DNA of 62,991 nt, filler included. It is 11 parts of 11 records of this genome, joined end to end, with 100 filler letters (N's around TTAATTAATTAA, not from the genome) between each part and the next. Parts side by side here need not be neighbours in the genome. Positions count along the whole stretch, not along the records: positions 35,402 to 42,191 come from SRR7504441_1059; positions 42,292 to 49,582 come from SRR7504441_1060; 9 more parts are not named here. One strand, 5' to 3'. How positions within the stretch are numbered: the stretch's first letter is position 1; every line of letters begins with the position of its first letter. Of the stretch, positions 35,754 to 46,143 are shown piece by piece. The notes under the pieces were generated by a model. The model made no database searches. It saw nothing but the letters and a program-made list of their open reading frames with translations, and was not told the origin of the DNA. A program made the position numbers and the translations under genes.

Positions 35754-38700
35754 ATGCCGGTGCTGTATGACGGGGAGACCCGTATGTTCCGGCTATACAC
35801 CAGCAACGTGCTGTACGCCTTCCGGATCGACCCCAAGGCCGCCCCCGCCCGCCGGCCGCCGGCTCACCCCCGGGGCAGGGCCTGCTCGAGCACCTGTACT
35901 GGGGCCGCAAGCTCCCGATCAGCGACGACCTGCGCTACACCCTGGCCTGTGCGCCGCCCCCCCCGCGGGGGCTGACCCCGGGCCAGCCAACCCGTCGCTC
36001 ACCTTCGACCCCAGGGACGCCCAGGGCACCTCAACGGTTGGACTAGATGTGATGCTCGGGGCGGCTCGGTCGTCCAGCGAGGAAGCCGAGCGGAGCATCA
36101 CCGCCGCCTGGCGCGAGGCCACCACCAACAAGGCGCCCCCGGCCGGCTGACCGGCTGAGCGGCCCGCAGGACACCTCCACAATCGCCGGGATCGCGGCTC
36201 GCCGGAGGGAGAACCTTAGTTGGCGGCAGCTGAGCAAGATCGCAAAGAAGCAGCAGGGCGGGCTGCTCACGCTGGACGATCTAGACCCGGCGGTGCTGGC
36301 CAAGTGCCGGCTGGACCCAGGCCCGGAGCCGCGGATGCGCCGGGACAGCTCGCTGCTCGACCTCGCCTGTGAGCCTAGGTTCCCGGTGAGCCGGCCGCAG
36401 TCAGTGGACAACCTAGCTGGGCTGGCTGAGGGCATGCCGGTGCCGCGGACCGAGTCGCTGGGCAACCTGTCCGACTTTGATCTGGGCGTGACTGAAGCCG
36501 CCTGGGGGCACACCGGCCACTCTCTCTCAAAAGTGCTCCATCCCTGGAGCTTCGCTTACACAGGCGACCACCCCGCCCCGCGCGCCCCGTCGCCAGGTGG
36601 CCCGCCCTCGGCCGGTGTTGCAGTCCATCCGGGGCGCAGAAACACCGTTAGGGACCGAGGGCTCGGCTGTTTCTCTCCATTCAGACCTTTCTGACCTGCA
36701 TGAGGAGCCCAGCACAGAGTTTGTCACCGGCTCCAAAAACGCCCAGCTGCTCGAGTTTGGAGACTTTGGCACAGGTCGGGAGACAATCAGGCCGGTCCGA
36801 GCCGGCGCCAGGTGATTACAGGACCCCGTCGATGATTGTTCAGTACCCGGACGGTTCGACGATCTCTAAAATGGAGTACAAGGTCGTGCCCCAATGGGCC
36901 CTTAAACCCGCTGCCAGAGCCACACAATCCACGCCGGAAAGCTGGACATCGAGCCAGCGCTCCCGGGCTTTTGTGGCGAATCCGACGAGGAGGCAAGCGG
37001 CCCTGGAGGGCGCTGGCTGAGGTGGAGCAGGCTAGCACGCTGGTGGTAACGCTTGTAGACCAGCTCACGATGCTCGAACTAGACTTGATCTTCTTCGCTT
37101 TCGACTGGCTCGATGTGCTGATCAGACAGGCGCGCCCGCTACCCTCGGAGGGGCGCTGAGTGGCTGCACAGGTGCGGGTGCGTAACTGTGGGTCTGGCCC
37201 GGTGGCAATTAAAAAGCTCCAGTCATGTTCGATGGACTTTGACGCCAACACGTAACGAGTTCGATGCGCCCACGGGTGAGCGGGCAGCAGGTACTATCTG
37301 ACGCATCTGTCGGGTGCCTGGGCGAGGGAGCGAAATGTGACGAGTCAGCGGCTGTTGGACGGGAATGTGTGCATCGGCTCGCTTAGGGGCACCTCCTCTC
37401 ACCAGCACAATCCGTTCGCCATGATCTCGGTTAGCTGCTAGCTCAACAGCCGATTAAAGCCCGGTCTCAGGTGGGGGCGCCTGATGAGGACAAGGCCAGC
37501 TGCTACGGGTTCAGCCTGGTCTATTCGGGCAATTGGCAGGCCGAGTCGCAAGTCACTGAGACAGGCCGTTTGAGGTTTGGCATGGGGATTAACCCGACGG
37601 CCTTCTCTTGGACGCTGGAGCCGGGCCAGCAGTTCAGCACTCCGGAGTGCCTGATGGTGTTCTCGGACGCTGGGCAGGGTGAGCGCTGCCCGGGCACCGC
37701 ATGCCGGATAAGGGGTTGTTGGCAGGGTTGCTCAGTCGGAGGATGCACAGAGCGGTGAGGGATCGGCTTTGCCCAAAGCACTGGCGGACTGCGCCGCGAC
37801 CGGTGCTCGTTAACAGTTGGGAGGCGTTTTACTTTGACGTGAACCATAACAAGATGCTCGAGTTGGCCAGGGCGGCCAAGCTCGCCGGGATAGACTTGGT
37901 CGTGCTCGACGACGGCTGGTTTGATGGCCGGAATAGCGCCAACACTTCGCTCGGAGACTGGACTCACGACACCGGCAAGTTCCCGCGCGGAATAGGCGTT
38001 CTGGCCGAGATGGTTGTGGCGGAAGGCATGCAGTTCGGACTCTGGGTCGAGCCGGAGATGGTGACCGCTGCTTCAATTTGTGGATTTGAATTCGGGCAGG
38101 TTTCGGTCGAATCCAAGCTGTACAGCGCTCACTCGGATTGGTGCTTGCATCACCCAGGGAGGACAAGGACTGAGGGCCGGAACCAGCTCGTGCTAGACTT
38201 GTCGCGGCAGGAGGTCTGCGATTATGTGTATGATAGCCTGGACGCGCTGCTTAAAGGTCAGATCTGTCCTTGAACCAGATAGCGCCCATGCCTCAATGAT
38301 GCTTTACTTTAGATTTCTGTTCACTGAGACCTTCTGTGAGGAATCCTTATAAAAGTTCCTGAGAGATGATACCAATAGACCTGATGTTGCTGCCTGTGAG
38401 AGGCGGGATGACGGCTGTGCTGGCAGATGGCTTCATCACGTACATTAAGTGGGACATGAATAGACATCTGACTGAAGTCTTCTCCAACCCACTCCCCGCT
38501 CAAGCCCAATGCGGCGTGCCTCACAGGTGGCCGACCCGCCCGTGCCGCACTCACCGCCACGCAGGTTTGTGCTCGGGGTTTATCAGATACTCTCGAGAAT
38601 AACCAATAAATACCCGCATGTGCTCTTGGAGACATGTTCGGGTGGCGGAGGTCGTTTTGACCTCGGAATGCTCCGCTTCTCTCCCCAGATTTGGACTTCA

Positions 38701-39500
38701 GACAATACCGACGCTTTCTGCCGGATCCACGCCCAATACGGCAGCTCACTAGCTTACCCGCTCAGCTCTATGGGTGCGCACATCTCTGCAGTGCCCAACC
38801 ATCAGACGCATCGGTCTGTGTCGCTCAAGACACGAGCTCTAGTGGCTATGTCCGGCACATTTGGGTGCGGACTCGCTCCAGCGTAAGCTGACACTCTCCC
38901 GGTGCAGGTTTGAGCTGAACGTGGCCTCGATGTCAAATACGGAGTTGGCTGAGCTGGCTGAATACACTCGGGTGCACTTACCGCTGATAGTGGAATGACT
39001 ATCGCTAATCATAGGTGCACAAGCAGATATCGCCGATCGTATCTCATGGCGACTTTTACCGACTCTGGGATCCTTTCCAGAATCCGTACGCTGCCTGGAT
39101 GTGCGTCGACACAAACCAGTGCCGAGCTGTCGTGTTTGCATTCATGGCGCACTGCCTGGTCGGCCGGAACGCGCCCAGGCTGGTGCTTAAGGGGCTCGAC
39201 CCAAGCTCGAGGTACGCTGTAACTGAGCTCTGCCCATCCAATGTCGGTGTCAACCCGCACACTTGTGCCCTGGAAGAGGGCGGGACCCACTACACCTTTG
39301 GGGGCGCCGCCATCTGTCTGAGTGGCGCCTCGCTAATGGCCGAAGGGGCGGGACTTCCGGTCAAGTTTCTGCATGATGGCGCCTCGCTCTTGTTTACGCT
39401 CGACAGGATGTACGACGACGTGCATGACTTGCTGCTGGACCCGGCTAACATGCTCGACATCTCGGGGAACATCTCCTGGAATAAAAACACCTACTATTGA
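35754..39500 (+). CDS. GH36 alpha-galactosidase, multi-exon
   Basis: LEHLYWG, GDYRTPS, YGFSLVYSGNW, VNSWEAFYF, VLDDGWF, FGLWVEPEMV, RNQLVLDLS, YIKWDMNR (nucleophile), CSGGGGRFD, WTSDNTD (acid/base), HISAVPNHQT. Confidence 0.93.
38292..38365 (+). ncRNA. Intronic box C/D snoRNA candidate
   Basis: Box C ATGATGC 38296-38302, D' CTGA 38324-38327, C' GTGAGGA 38336-38342, D CTGA 38359-38362, CTC/GAG terminal stem; guide AGATTTCTGTTC; lies in the 170-nt intron 38257-38426. Confidence 0.75.
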
Positions 39501-39589
39501 CGGCTCATTCGTCGAGGGATCATGCGACTGTAATGGGGCTGCAATGCATCTAATTCTTTCGGTCGTTGTTTTCCATAGAATCAGCGATT

Positions 39590-39762
39590 TTGTACGTACT
39601 GATACGGCATTAATGCGGCATTTCAGGCATTTGTGTGTACGCGCTCGTACAGTAGGTACTGTACTCGCCGGAGCTTTCACGTAGTTGTACGAGTATTGTA
39701 CGAGTACTCGTACGAGTAGTCGAGTACTCACGCAGTACGAGTACGTCATGAGTACGTACGCA
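39590..39762. repeat. GTAC/TACGAGTA-rich cryptic palindromic tract between convergent genes
   Basis: Several TACGAGTA copies; perfect palindrome GTACGAGTACTCGTAC at 39698-39713. Confidence 0.75.
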
Positions 39763-39811
39763 CCACTGGTCTCGAATGATATTCAAGCTCGGCAAACTAA
39801 CCAACTAACTA

Positions 39812-40420
39812 TCAAAGCTCGGTCTCCATCGCTAGCTTAATCTGCTCGAACGTGGCTCTATACACCTGCCCGCCCATCCGCCGCCAGCGCCACACCAGAG
39901 GCCACCTCGATCTCGTGCCCGAGGGGATCGTCGATATCTTCCCCAGCCCGCAGCAGCCTGCCCCCCACCTCTACCCCCTCCAGGGCGGCCGCACCGGATC
40001 TTCCCATCCGGCAGCCCTGGGCACAGCTCTTTCACCCCCGCCACATGCCCCGCCGTCATGCAGATCACCTGCACCCGCCCTACGCCCCCGCCAGCCCTCC
40101 CACCCACCGCCTCGGCCTCCGCGGCCATGGCCGGGGTCAGCATCTTAGCCGTCCCATCCCAGCCGGGCAGGCCAGCCTCTGCGAGCACCTGCAGCCATCC
40201 GTCGAGCTGCCGGCCCGGCCACAGACCTGTACAGCGCACGGATTGGGAGGTCGGCCCTCCACCGCCGCCACACCGGCCGAGCGGGCGCTCCTGCCCTGGC
40301 CGACAGCCCAGCCCTCGGCCATCTGAGCCATACCGCTCGTGCCCCGGGCCGGTAGCAGGGCGGTGCCTGCGAGCGGCAGGTGTTGCCAGTGCACACAAAG
40401 AGCAGCGGACCACCGGGCAT
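39812..40420 (-). CDS. Low-molecular-weight protein phosphatase (LMW-PTP fold, YwlE-type P-loop)
   Basis: Spliced: LLFVCTGNTCRSQ/MAEG...ARSAGVAA...VICMTAGH...DIDDPLGHEIE/VYRATFEQIK; five introns, the first GC-AG (40323-40366). Confidence 0.85.
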
Positions 40421-40456
40421 GATGAGCTGGTCAGCTCGAGATTTGCCGTTGCCGCA

Positions 40457-41731
40457 ATGTCGGACAGCGAGGAGGAGGAGCGGGCCTGGGCGGTGATAGA
40501 TAATGGCAGCTCGCGGATCCGGGCCGGCTTCTCGGGAGACGAGGCTCCCAGAGTGGATTTTGCACAGATAGTGGGGTATACGCTGGGCGGGGTTGCCAAT
40601 GGGGCAGACAAGGACTACTACATCGGCGAGGAGAGAGCTGAGAAGCTCGGCATCCTCATGCACAGACGCCCGATCGACCACGCCGTGAACTCGACTGATC
40701 CGGATCCGCTGATCACGGACTGGGATGACATGGAGAAGATCTGGAGGCACACCTTCGACAACGAGCTCCGAATAGTTGTGGGCGACGACGAGTACCCGGA
40801 GGACGAGGACGTGCTCGGCGTGTTGCTCACCGAGCCCCCAGGGAACTCCAAAGACAACAGGGAGCGCGCCACCGAGATCATGTTTGAATTCGGGTCCCGC
40901 CGGTTCTATTTGGAATCGACCCCCCTGCTTGCGCTGTTGGCCTCCGGGCGCAAAACCGGCATGGTGCTGGAGAGTGGCGAACAGTCGCTGCGGGCGGTCC
41001 CGATTTATGATTGCTGCGTCCAGTCAGCGGCTATCGAGCGAGAGAATAGGAGCGGCGGGCGTGAGCTCCTCGAATGGCTGTGCCGGAGTGGCTTGTCCGA
41101 GCAGTGCCTGGCCGGTATGGAACGGTTTTTGGGCAACACTCGGTCCCGATGGGCCTATTTGAACAGCGAGATCAAGGATAGAATGTGCTACGTGTCTCTC
41201 AACTTTGAGGACGAAGTAAACGACTTTGAGCAGCAGAGCTTTGCGCTGCCGGACGATACGAAGATCGCGCTAGGCAACGAGCTGATCGAATGCCCCGAGG
41301 TATTGTTCAGCCCAGGGAGGTACGGGAAGGACACGACGCCTATACACCAGCTGGTTGCGAGGGCAGTGGGCAAGCACGGCTTTGATGAGTCAGTGAAGGA
41401 AGAGCTGTTCGGGAATGTCATCCTAGCGGGCGGCAACACCATGTTCCCAAATCTGGGTGAAAGGCTGCAGGCCGAGCTCGAGCATGAAACCCAGAAACAG
41501 GAGTACGGCGGAGGTCAGCATCGAGTGAGTGTGATTGCCCCACCAGAGCGCCGAATTAGCTCATGGATCGGCGGCTCCATCTTAGCCTCACTCTCTGTGT
41601 TCGAAGGGATGCACATCCACAAGGATGCCTTCCACGAAGTTGGAGCTCGGATCGTGCACCAAATGTGCCACAGACGGGCGTTAAGCAACGCACTCAATGC
41701 AGCAGCCGATGACGAGGAAGAAGAGACTTGA
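40457..41731 (+). CDS. Divergent actin / actin-related protein, apparently intronless
   Basis: VIDNGSSRIRAGFSGDEAPR, ITDWDDMEKIWRHTFDNELR, VLLTEPP, ASGRKTG, LPD, CPEVLFSP, NVILAGGNTMFP, IAPPER, WIGGSILASL. Confidence 0.92.
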   Translation: MSDSEEEERAWAVIDNGSSRIRAGFSGDEAPRVDFAQIVGYTLGGVANGADKDYYIGEERAEKLGILMHRRPIDHAVNSTDPDPLITDWDDMEKIWRHTFDNELRIVVGDDEYPEDEDVLGVLLTEPPGNSKDNRERATEIMFEFGSRRFYLESTPLLALLASGRKTGMVLESGEQSLRAVPIYDCCVQSAAIERENRSGGRELLEWLCRSGLSEQCLAGMERFLGNTRSRWAYLNSEIKDRMCYVSLNFEDEVNDFEQQSFALPDDTKIALGNELIECPEVLFSPGRYGKDTTPIHQLVARAVGKHGFDESVKEELFGNVILAGGNTMFPNLGERLQAELEHETQKQEYGGGQHRVSVIAPPERRISSWIGGSILASLSVFEGMHIHKDAFHEVGARIVHQMCHRRALSNALNAAADDEEEET

Positions 41732-41880
41732 GTCTAGACTCAATATACTTGTTTCATTTGTTAAAGGTTTTGTCGTGAACTGATGTTTAATTTGTCCTGT
41801 TTCGTGGGTTTTTCTTCTCTTCAAGGGAGATCGTCCGTTATTCCATGAACACTGACATGGGAGGGTGCACACTGCAGTGA

Positions 41881-42191
41881 ATGGAGCAGTCAGAAGTGAC
41901 TGCGGATACGGACCCGGTGGACCACTTCGCGGCCGAAGTGCTTGCTGGGCTGCCGAGCCCACCACCCGACCTCGGTTTGTCGGGCGCGAGAGCTGCGGCC
42001 ACTGGGCTCGGGCCGTCGATCCGCCGGGCGACGGCTTTTAGGCCTCTCGTTCTGGGGGACATAGTGTGGGCCAAGCAGCCCAACTGTCCGTGGTACCCGG
42101 CGGTGCTCGGGGCGTTGGAGACTCAGCCGGTTGGCAAGCCCACCAAGCATCAAGTCAATTTCGACTTCCCCGCGGAGAGCTACTGGGGCAT
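41881..42191 (+). CDS. PWWP-domain protein (3' partial)
   Basis: GDIVWAKQPNCPWYPAV. Confidence 0.7.
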
Positions 42192-42291
42192 NNNNNNNNN
42201 NNNNNNNNNNNNNNNNNNNNNNNNNNNNNNNNNNNTTAATTAATTAANNNNNNNNNNNNNNNNNNNNNNNNNNNNNNNNNNNNNNNNNNNN

Positions 42292-42741
42292 GCAGCAGCG
42301 GCCAGCGAAACCACTGTCAGCGACGGAGTGTGGATCACCACTGTCAGCGAGGGCCCACCGAGCTCCCCGCGGCCGCATTCCGGGGCGGCGATCAAAGCGC
42401 ACTATGTTGGATACCTGCCGGGAGGCGGCGTGTTTGATTCGTCCAGGGAGCGAGACGAGCCGCTCGAGTTCACTCTGGGGCACGGCGAGGCAGCCATCAG
42501 CCCGGGCGCTCCATCAATCTGACGGTCAGGTGATCGAGTGCTGGGAGTTGGGGCTGATGGAGATGAGGATGGGCGAGCGAGCCACCTGTGCCCCGGTCGG
42601 CCGCGCAGAGACTGAGTGGTGGGGACAGTGAGGTGCTCTCCTGAGGTGGCATATGGTTCGCACGGGGCCGGCGGAGTGGTCCCGCCCAACGCCGAGCTGA
42701 CCTTCGATATCGAGCTCCTCCGGGTCTACAACGTAGCATAG
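42292..42741 (+). CDS. FKBP-type peptidyl-prolyl isomerase (5' partial)
   Basis: [56 protein letters not shown]...[18 protein letters not shown] intron 42490-42529. Confidence 0.92.
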
Positions 42742-42754
42742 TCCTGACTTAGTC

Positions 42755-42910
42755 TACGACTAGTCTACTCGTACAAAGAGCTCTCTTATTGACTGGCTCC
42801 TCACAGTGAGCTTACTCGTCCAGTACAGTCAGTACCTACTCGTACGTACTCGTCGAGTACTCGTAGCTAAAAACAATAGAATCGATCAATACGAGTACAT
42901 ACATGTATAG
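42755..42910. repeat. TACTCGTA/GTAC-rich tract between convergent genes
   Basis: TACTCGTA at 42766 and 42837, CGAGTACTCG palindrome, TACGAGTA at 42890. Confidence 0.7.
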
Positions 42911-42933
42911 TCTCAGTCAACTCGGCACGGGAA

Positions 42934-44968
42934 TCAAAGTTTCTTGAAGTGCTGCTTGTTGCTGAATCTGGGAGGCCCGCATTGAGGAGCAAGCAGTACG
43001 TGCTTGAGGGCAAGCAGCTCGCGGTGCTCCGGCCAGTGCATTTTCTGGCACTGCTCACTGCAAAAGCACACCTCACAGCTGAGCGTGCACCGCCGCAGCC
43101 CGCTCGTTTGGCCACACTTGGCACAGCTAAGCACAGACAGCCTTCTCTCCGGTCCCTGACTCCCGGCCTTCCAGACAGTGAGTTCGTAGCTAGTGTTGCC
43201 CCAGTTGGGAAGGTCGACTCGCTTGACCAGCCGCCAGCCGGCACTCAGCTGCTGCTGGAACTCTATGCTGCCAGTATCGCCCAGCCATTCGCCCACCAGC
43301 AGCAGCGTCCGCCCACCTGCCTTGCCATACCTGCATCGGAGCCGTCAGTCGCTCCCCACACACCCGCACGCACGTCTGCAGGGCCAGCCGAGCCATCGGA
43401 CTGGCTGGCGGCGGGTAGCACAAGAGCAGCGCACGGTCCGCATGCCTCTGAAGCACGTCCGTATCCCCTCGAGCCACCTGCTCTTAATTAAGCCGCTGAT
43501 GATCGATGCAGGCCGCACCGGTGACCACTGCTTGGCTCGCCCATGGTATTGGTTATGCTCCACACTGGTCGGGCTCTTATCATACGCCACCAGCTCCACC
43601 TTGTGCTCCCGCGCTATCCAGGCCCAGTACCTGCTCCCACTCGCCCCGACAAGCCGGCCGCCCACCCCAGTCCAGCCCCAAACTCCACCAGTGCCCCGTG
43701 CCGCCCAAGCTCCGCCACCGCCGCCGGGCCTGGCACCGCGTATGCATACAGGTGGCAGCAGAAATCGCGGCACGAGTCGCGCCACTCGGCCAGCAGCGGC
43801 TCGGCCCTAGGGTCGCCACCCTTCATCTGCCAGACTGTCAGCCCACACTAGAATCGGCTGCACCGTCAGGATCTGACCCTTGGCTGGCGGGCGAGCCTTG
43901 CACTCGGCCAGCCCTCTCAACCGGCTCGCACTGAACCGCTCGGCCGTTTCGAGCCACCGGGCTTGGAACAGCCGGAGCAGCGGGTTCAGCTTGCCAGCTC
44001 CGAATCCGATCACCTGCCCAGGCTCGCGGCTCCCACGCTGCCCGGCCACCTCCCGCAGCACCGCCCGCCCGGCTGAGCCAGTGAGCTCGGCTCGGGCGTA
44101 CTCTTCTAGAGTATCCGGGCCGGCCGCCCAGCCGAGCCCACTGAAGTATTCATCGGGAGCCGGGAGACTGGCAGCTGGCTCGGCCTGTGCCAGGTAGAAA
44201 AGCCGATAGTACAGCTCATCCAGCTTGATGAGCAGCTGCCGCGGTTCAGTCGGCCGCCGGCCCGCCAGCTACCCGGATCAGGCTCGGTCTGCTCTCGTCC
44301 AGATCCTCCGCCCCGACCAGTTTGATTGCCTCACTGTGAGCGCTGTCAGAGGCTGCCAGCCGGCACCGGCACCGATGGTAGGCGATCATGGCAGCCCCGG
44401 TGGACGGATCCTTGCAAGCTCGCTGCACGGCCGCCAGCCCCGGGCCGAGCTGGCCAAGCCACTCGGCACACCAGGCGGCGCTCCCTCGCATCCCGATCGC
44501 CACCCGCGCGTTCCTAACCTGCACGAAGCACCGGTGCAGCGTCCGGGCCATTGCAGTGGCCGGGGCGGCGGCGGTCTCGAGCTGGTGCGAGGTGGCCGGG
44601 TAGCCGCAGCTGGGGCAGGTACCGGTGAGCTGGCCGGTACCAGGGCCCGGGCACTCGCACTCCACGCAGGTGGACAGCCGCCACAATCCGGCTGGGGCAG
44701 GGCCAGCTTGCTGCGCGACCACGGTCCTCTTGCGCTTCTGGCTCTTTGGAGCAGTGCGCTCGGCAGGACCAGCGGCAGCGGGCTGCTGCACGAGCTCAAA
44801 GTTGCGAGCCCGAAGCCGGTGCGTGCTGCCGTCGGGCATGCGCACCAGCCAGCGGCCCGAACCGGCCGGGTCGCGGCCGGTCAGCTCGCCGATCAGTCCG
44901 TTCAGCCGTGTCTTGTGCACCAGCCCGAAGACCTTGCACAGGCTCGCCCGGTCCTGGTGACGGCCCAT
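42934..44968 (-). CDS. Class I SAM-dependent methyltransferase-like protein with C-terminal MYND-like zinc finger
   Basis: YAYAVP...LVEFGAG..YWA...VAYD...LLLCYPPP...VGEWLGDTG...LPNW; CAKC...CTLSCEVCFCSEQCQKMHWPEH; N-terminal VFGL...LNG...GRWLVR module and CxxC pairs. Confidence 0.65.
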
Positions 44969-44991
44969 CGCGCTGAGAGCCGTTGAGAAAG

Positions 44992-45830
44992 ATGGCCAGG
45001 CAGGTGCTTTCCCCAACACAGTGGCTGACCGGTGCGGGTCAGCGTGAAGAAGCCGGGCGGGGCTGATCTCGAGCTGCTCTTCAAAGGCAGGCGTGCTCTC
45101 CCAAGCGGTGGCTGACCGGTGCGGACCAGAAATCGACCTGGACGGCAGCGGCGAAATCTCGTTCAAGGAGCTTACCGGCTTCCTCAAGGGCGCTGCCATC
45201 CCGCACGAGGCTGAGGCACCGGGCACCCCCAGCCCGCCGGCCAGCCGGGGCGGCAGATGCTCAAACGGTTGATGCAGAAGTGCGACGCTGGTGAGCTACG
45301 CCCGCGGCCGGCTGGCGAGGCTGGTGGGGAAGATGGGAGCGCCTCTCTCAACTTCAAGGAATTTAGAATGGCCGGCCCTCTGCTGATGGACATGAAGATG
45401 GTGGCCATGATGCAGGCGCAGGCCAAGAACCCGCCGGCCGACGTGCAGCCGCCCGGTGGGCGGGCATGAGCCTGCCGGCAGGGGCTGCCGCAGAGCACCG
45501 ACGAGATGAAGGCGCTCTTTGACCGGATAGATGCCGACGGGTCCGGCTCACTGGACTTCGAGGAGATAAGGGGGTGACACACAGCACGGTGGGCGGGGGC
45601 GAGTGGTGGCAGGTATCTAAAAGGGGCCGGGCACGAGTTTGATAAAACTTTCCTGGAGGAAATGATTAAGAATGCGGATACAGGTCATCAGCAACTGGTG
45701 ATGCTCTTACTGGTGGCAGATGGGGATGGCACATTAGATTTCGAAGAGTTCCGGATGGTGTGACCAGCCGCGCCTTTGGCCACAGCGGGTGCAGGTGCTG
45801 TGGATGATGGAAGCTAAGCTGGGTAAGTGA
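44992..45830 (+). CDS. Calmodulin-like protein with four EF hands
   Basis: Loops DLDGSGEISFKE, DADGSASLNFKE, DADGSGSLDFEE, DTDGDGTLDFEE after removing eight short introns (three GC-AG). Confidence 0.88.
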
Positions 45831-46143
45831 GCTATGAGGGTAAGCAAAGGTGTTGGCTTGCGCACCATCCGGGACTCTTCCAAATCTAATTTACAGCACC
45901 TGCATGTACATTTCGGCTATAGCACAGTTTCAGCTTCATCAGTGAATTAACATAAACTCGGAAGTTTCTATAAAATCATTTAGCCTTTTATTCTAGCCCA
46001 CACCCTCAATCCTCCGACCAGAACTAGAATGTCGAATGAAATATCCTACACCCCAGTTTCGTAGCCTTTTATTCTATACGTACGTACCAGCTCGGAGGAC
46101 GGAGGCACCTAGCGATATACCTCACCAGCAATGTCCAAGGAGT

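Noticed and set aside
39590-39762. CRISPR array or telomeric repeat
   Set aside because: No constant repeat-spacer period and no perfect tandem unit
35754-40420. Bacterial contamination or operon (GH36 plus YwlE-like phosphatase)
   Set aside because: Both genes carry host-type spliceosomal introns and are convergent
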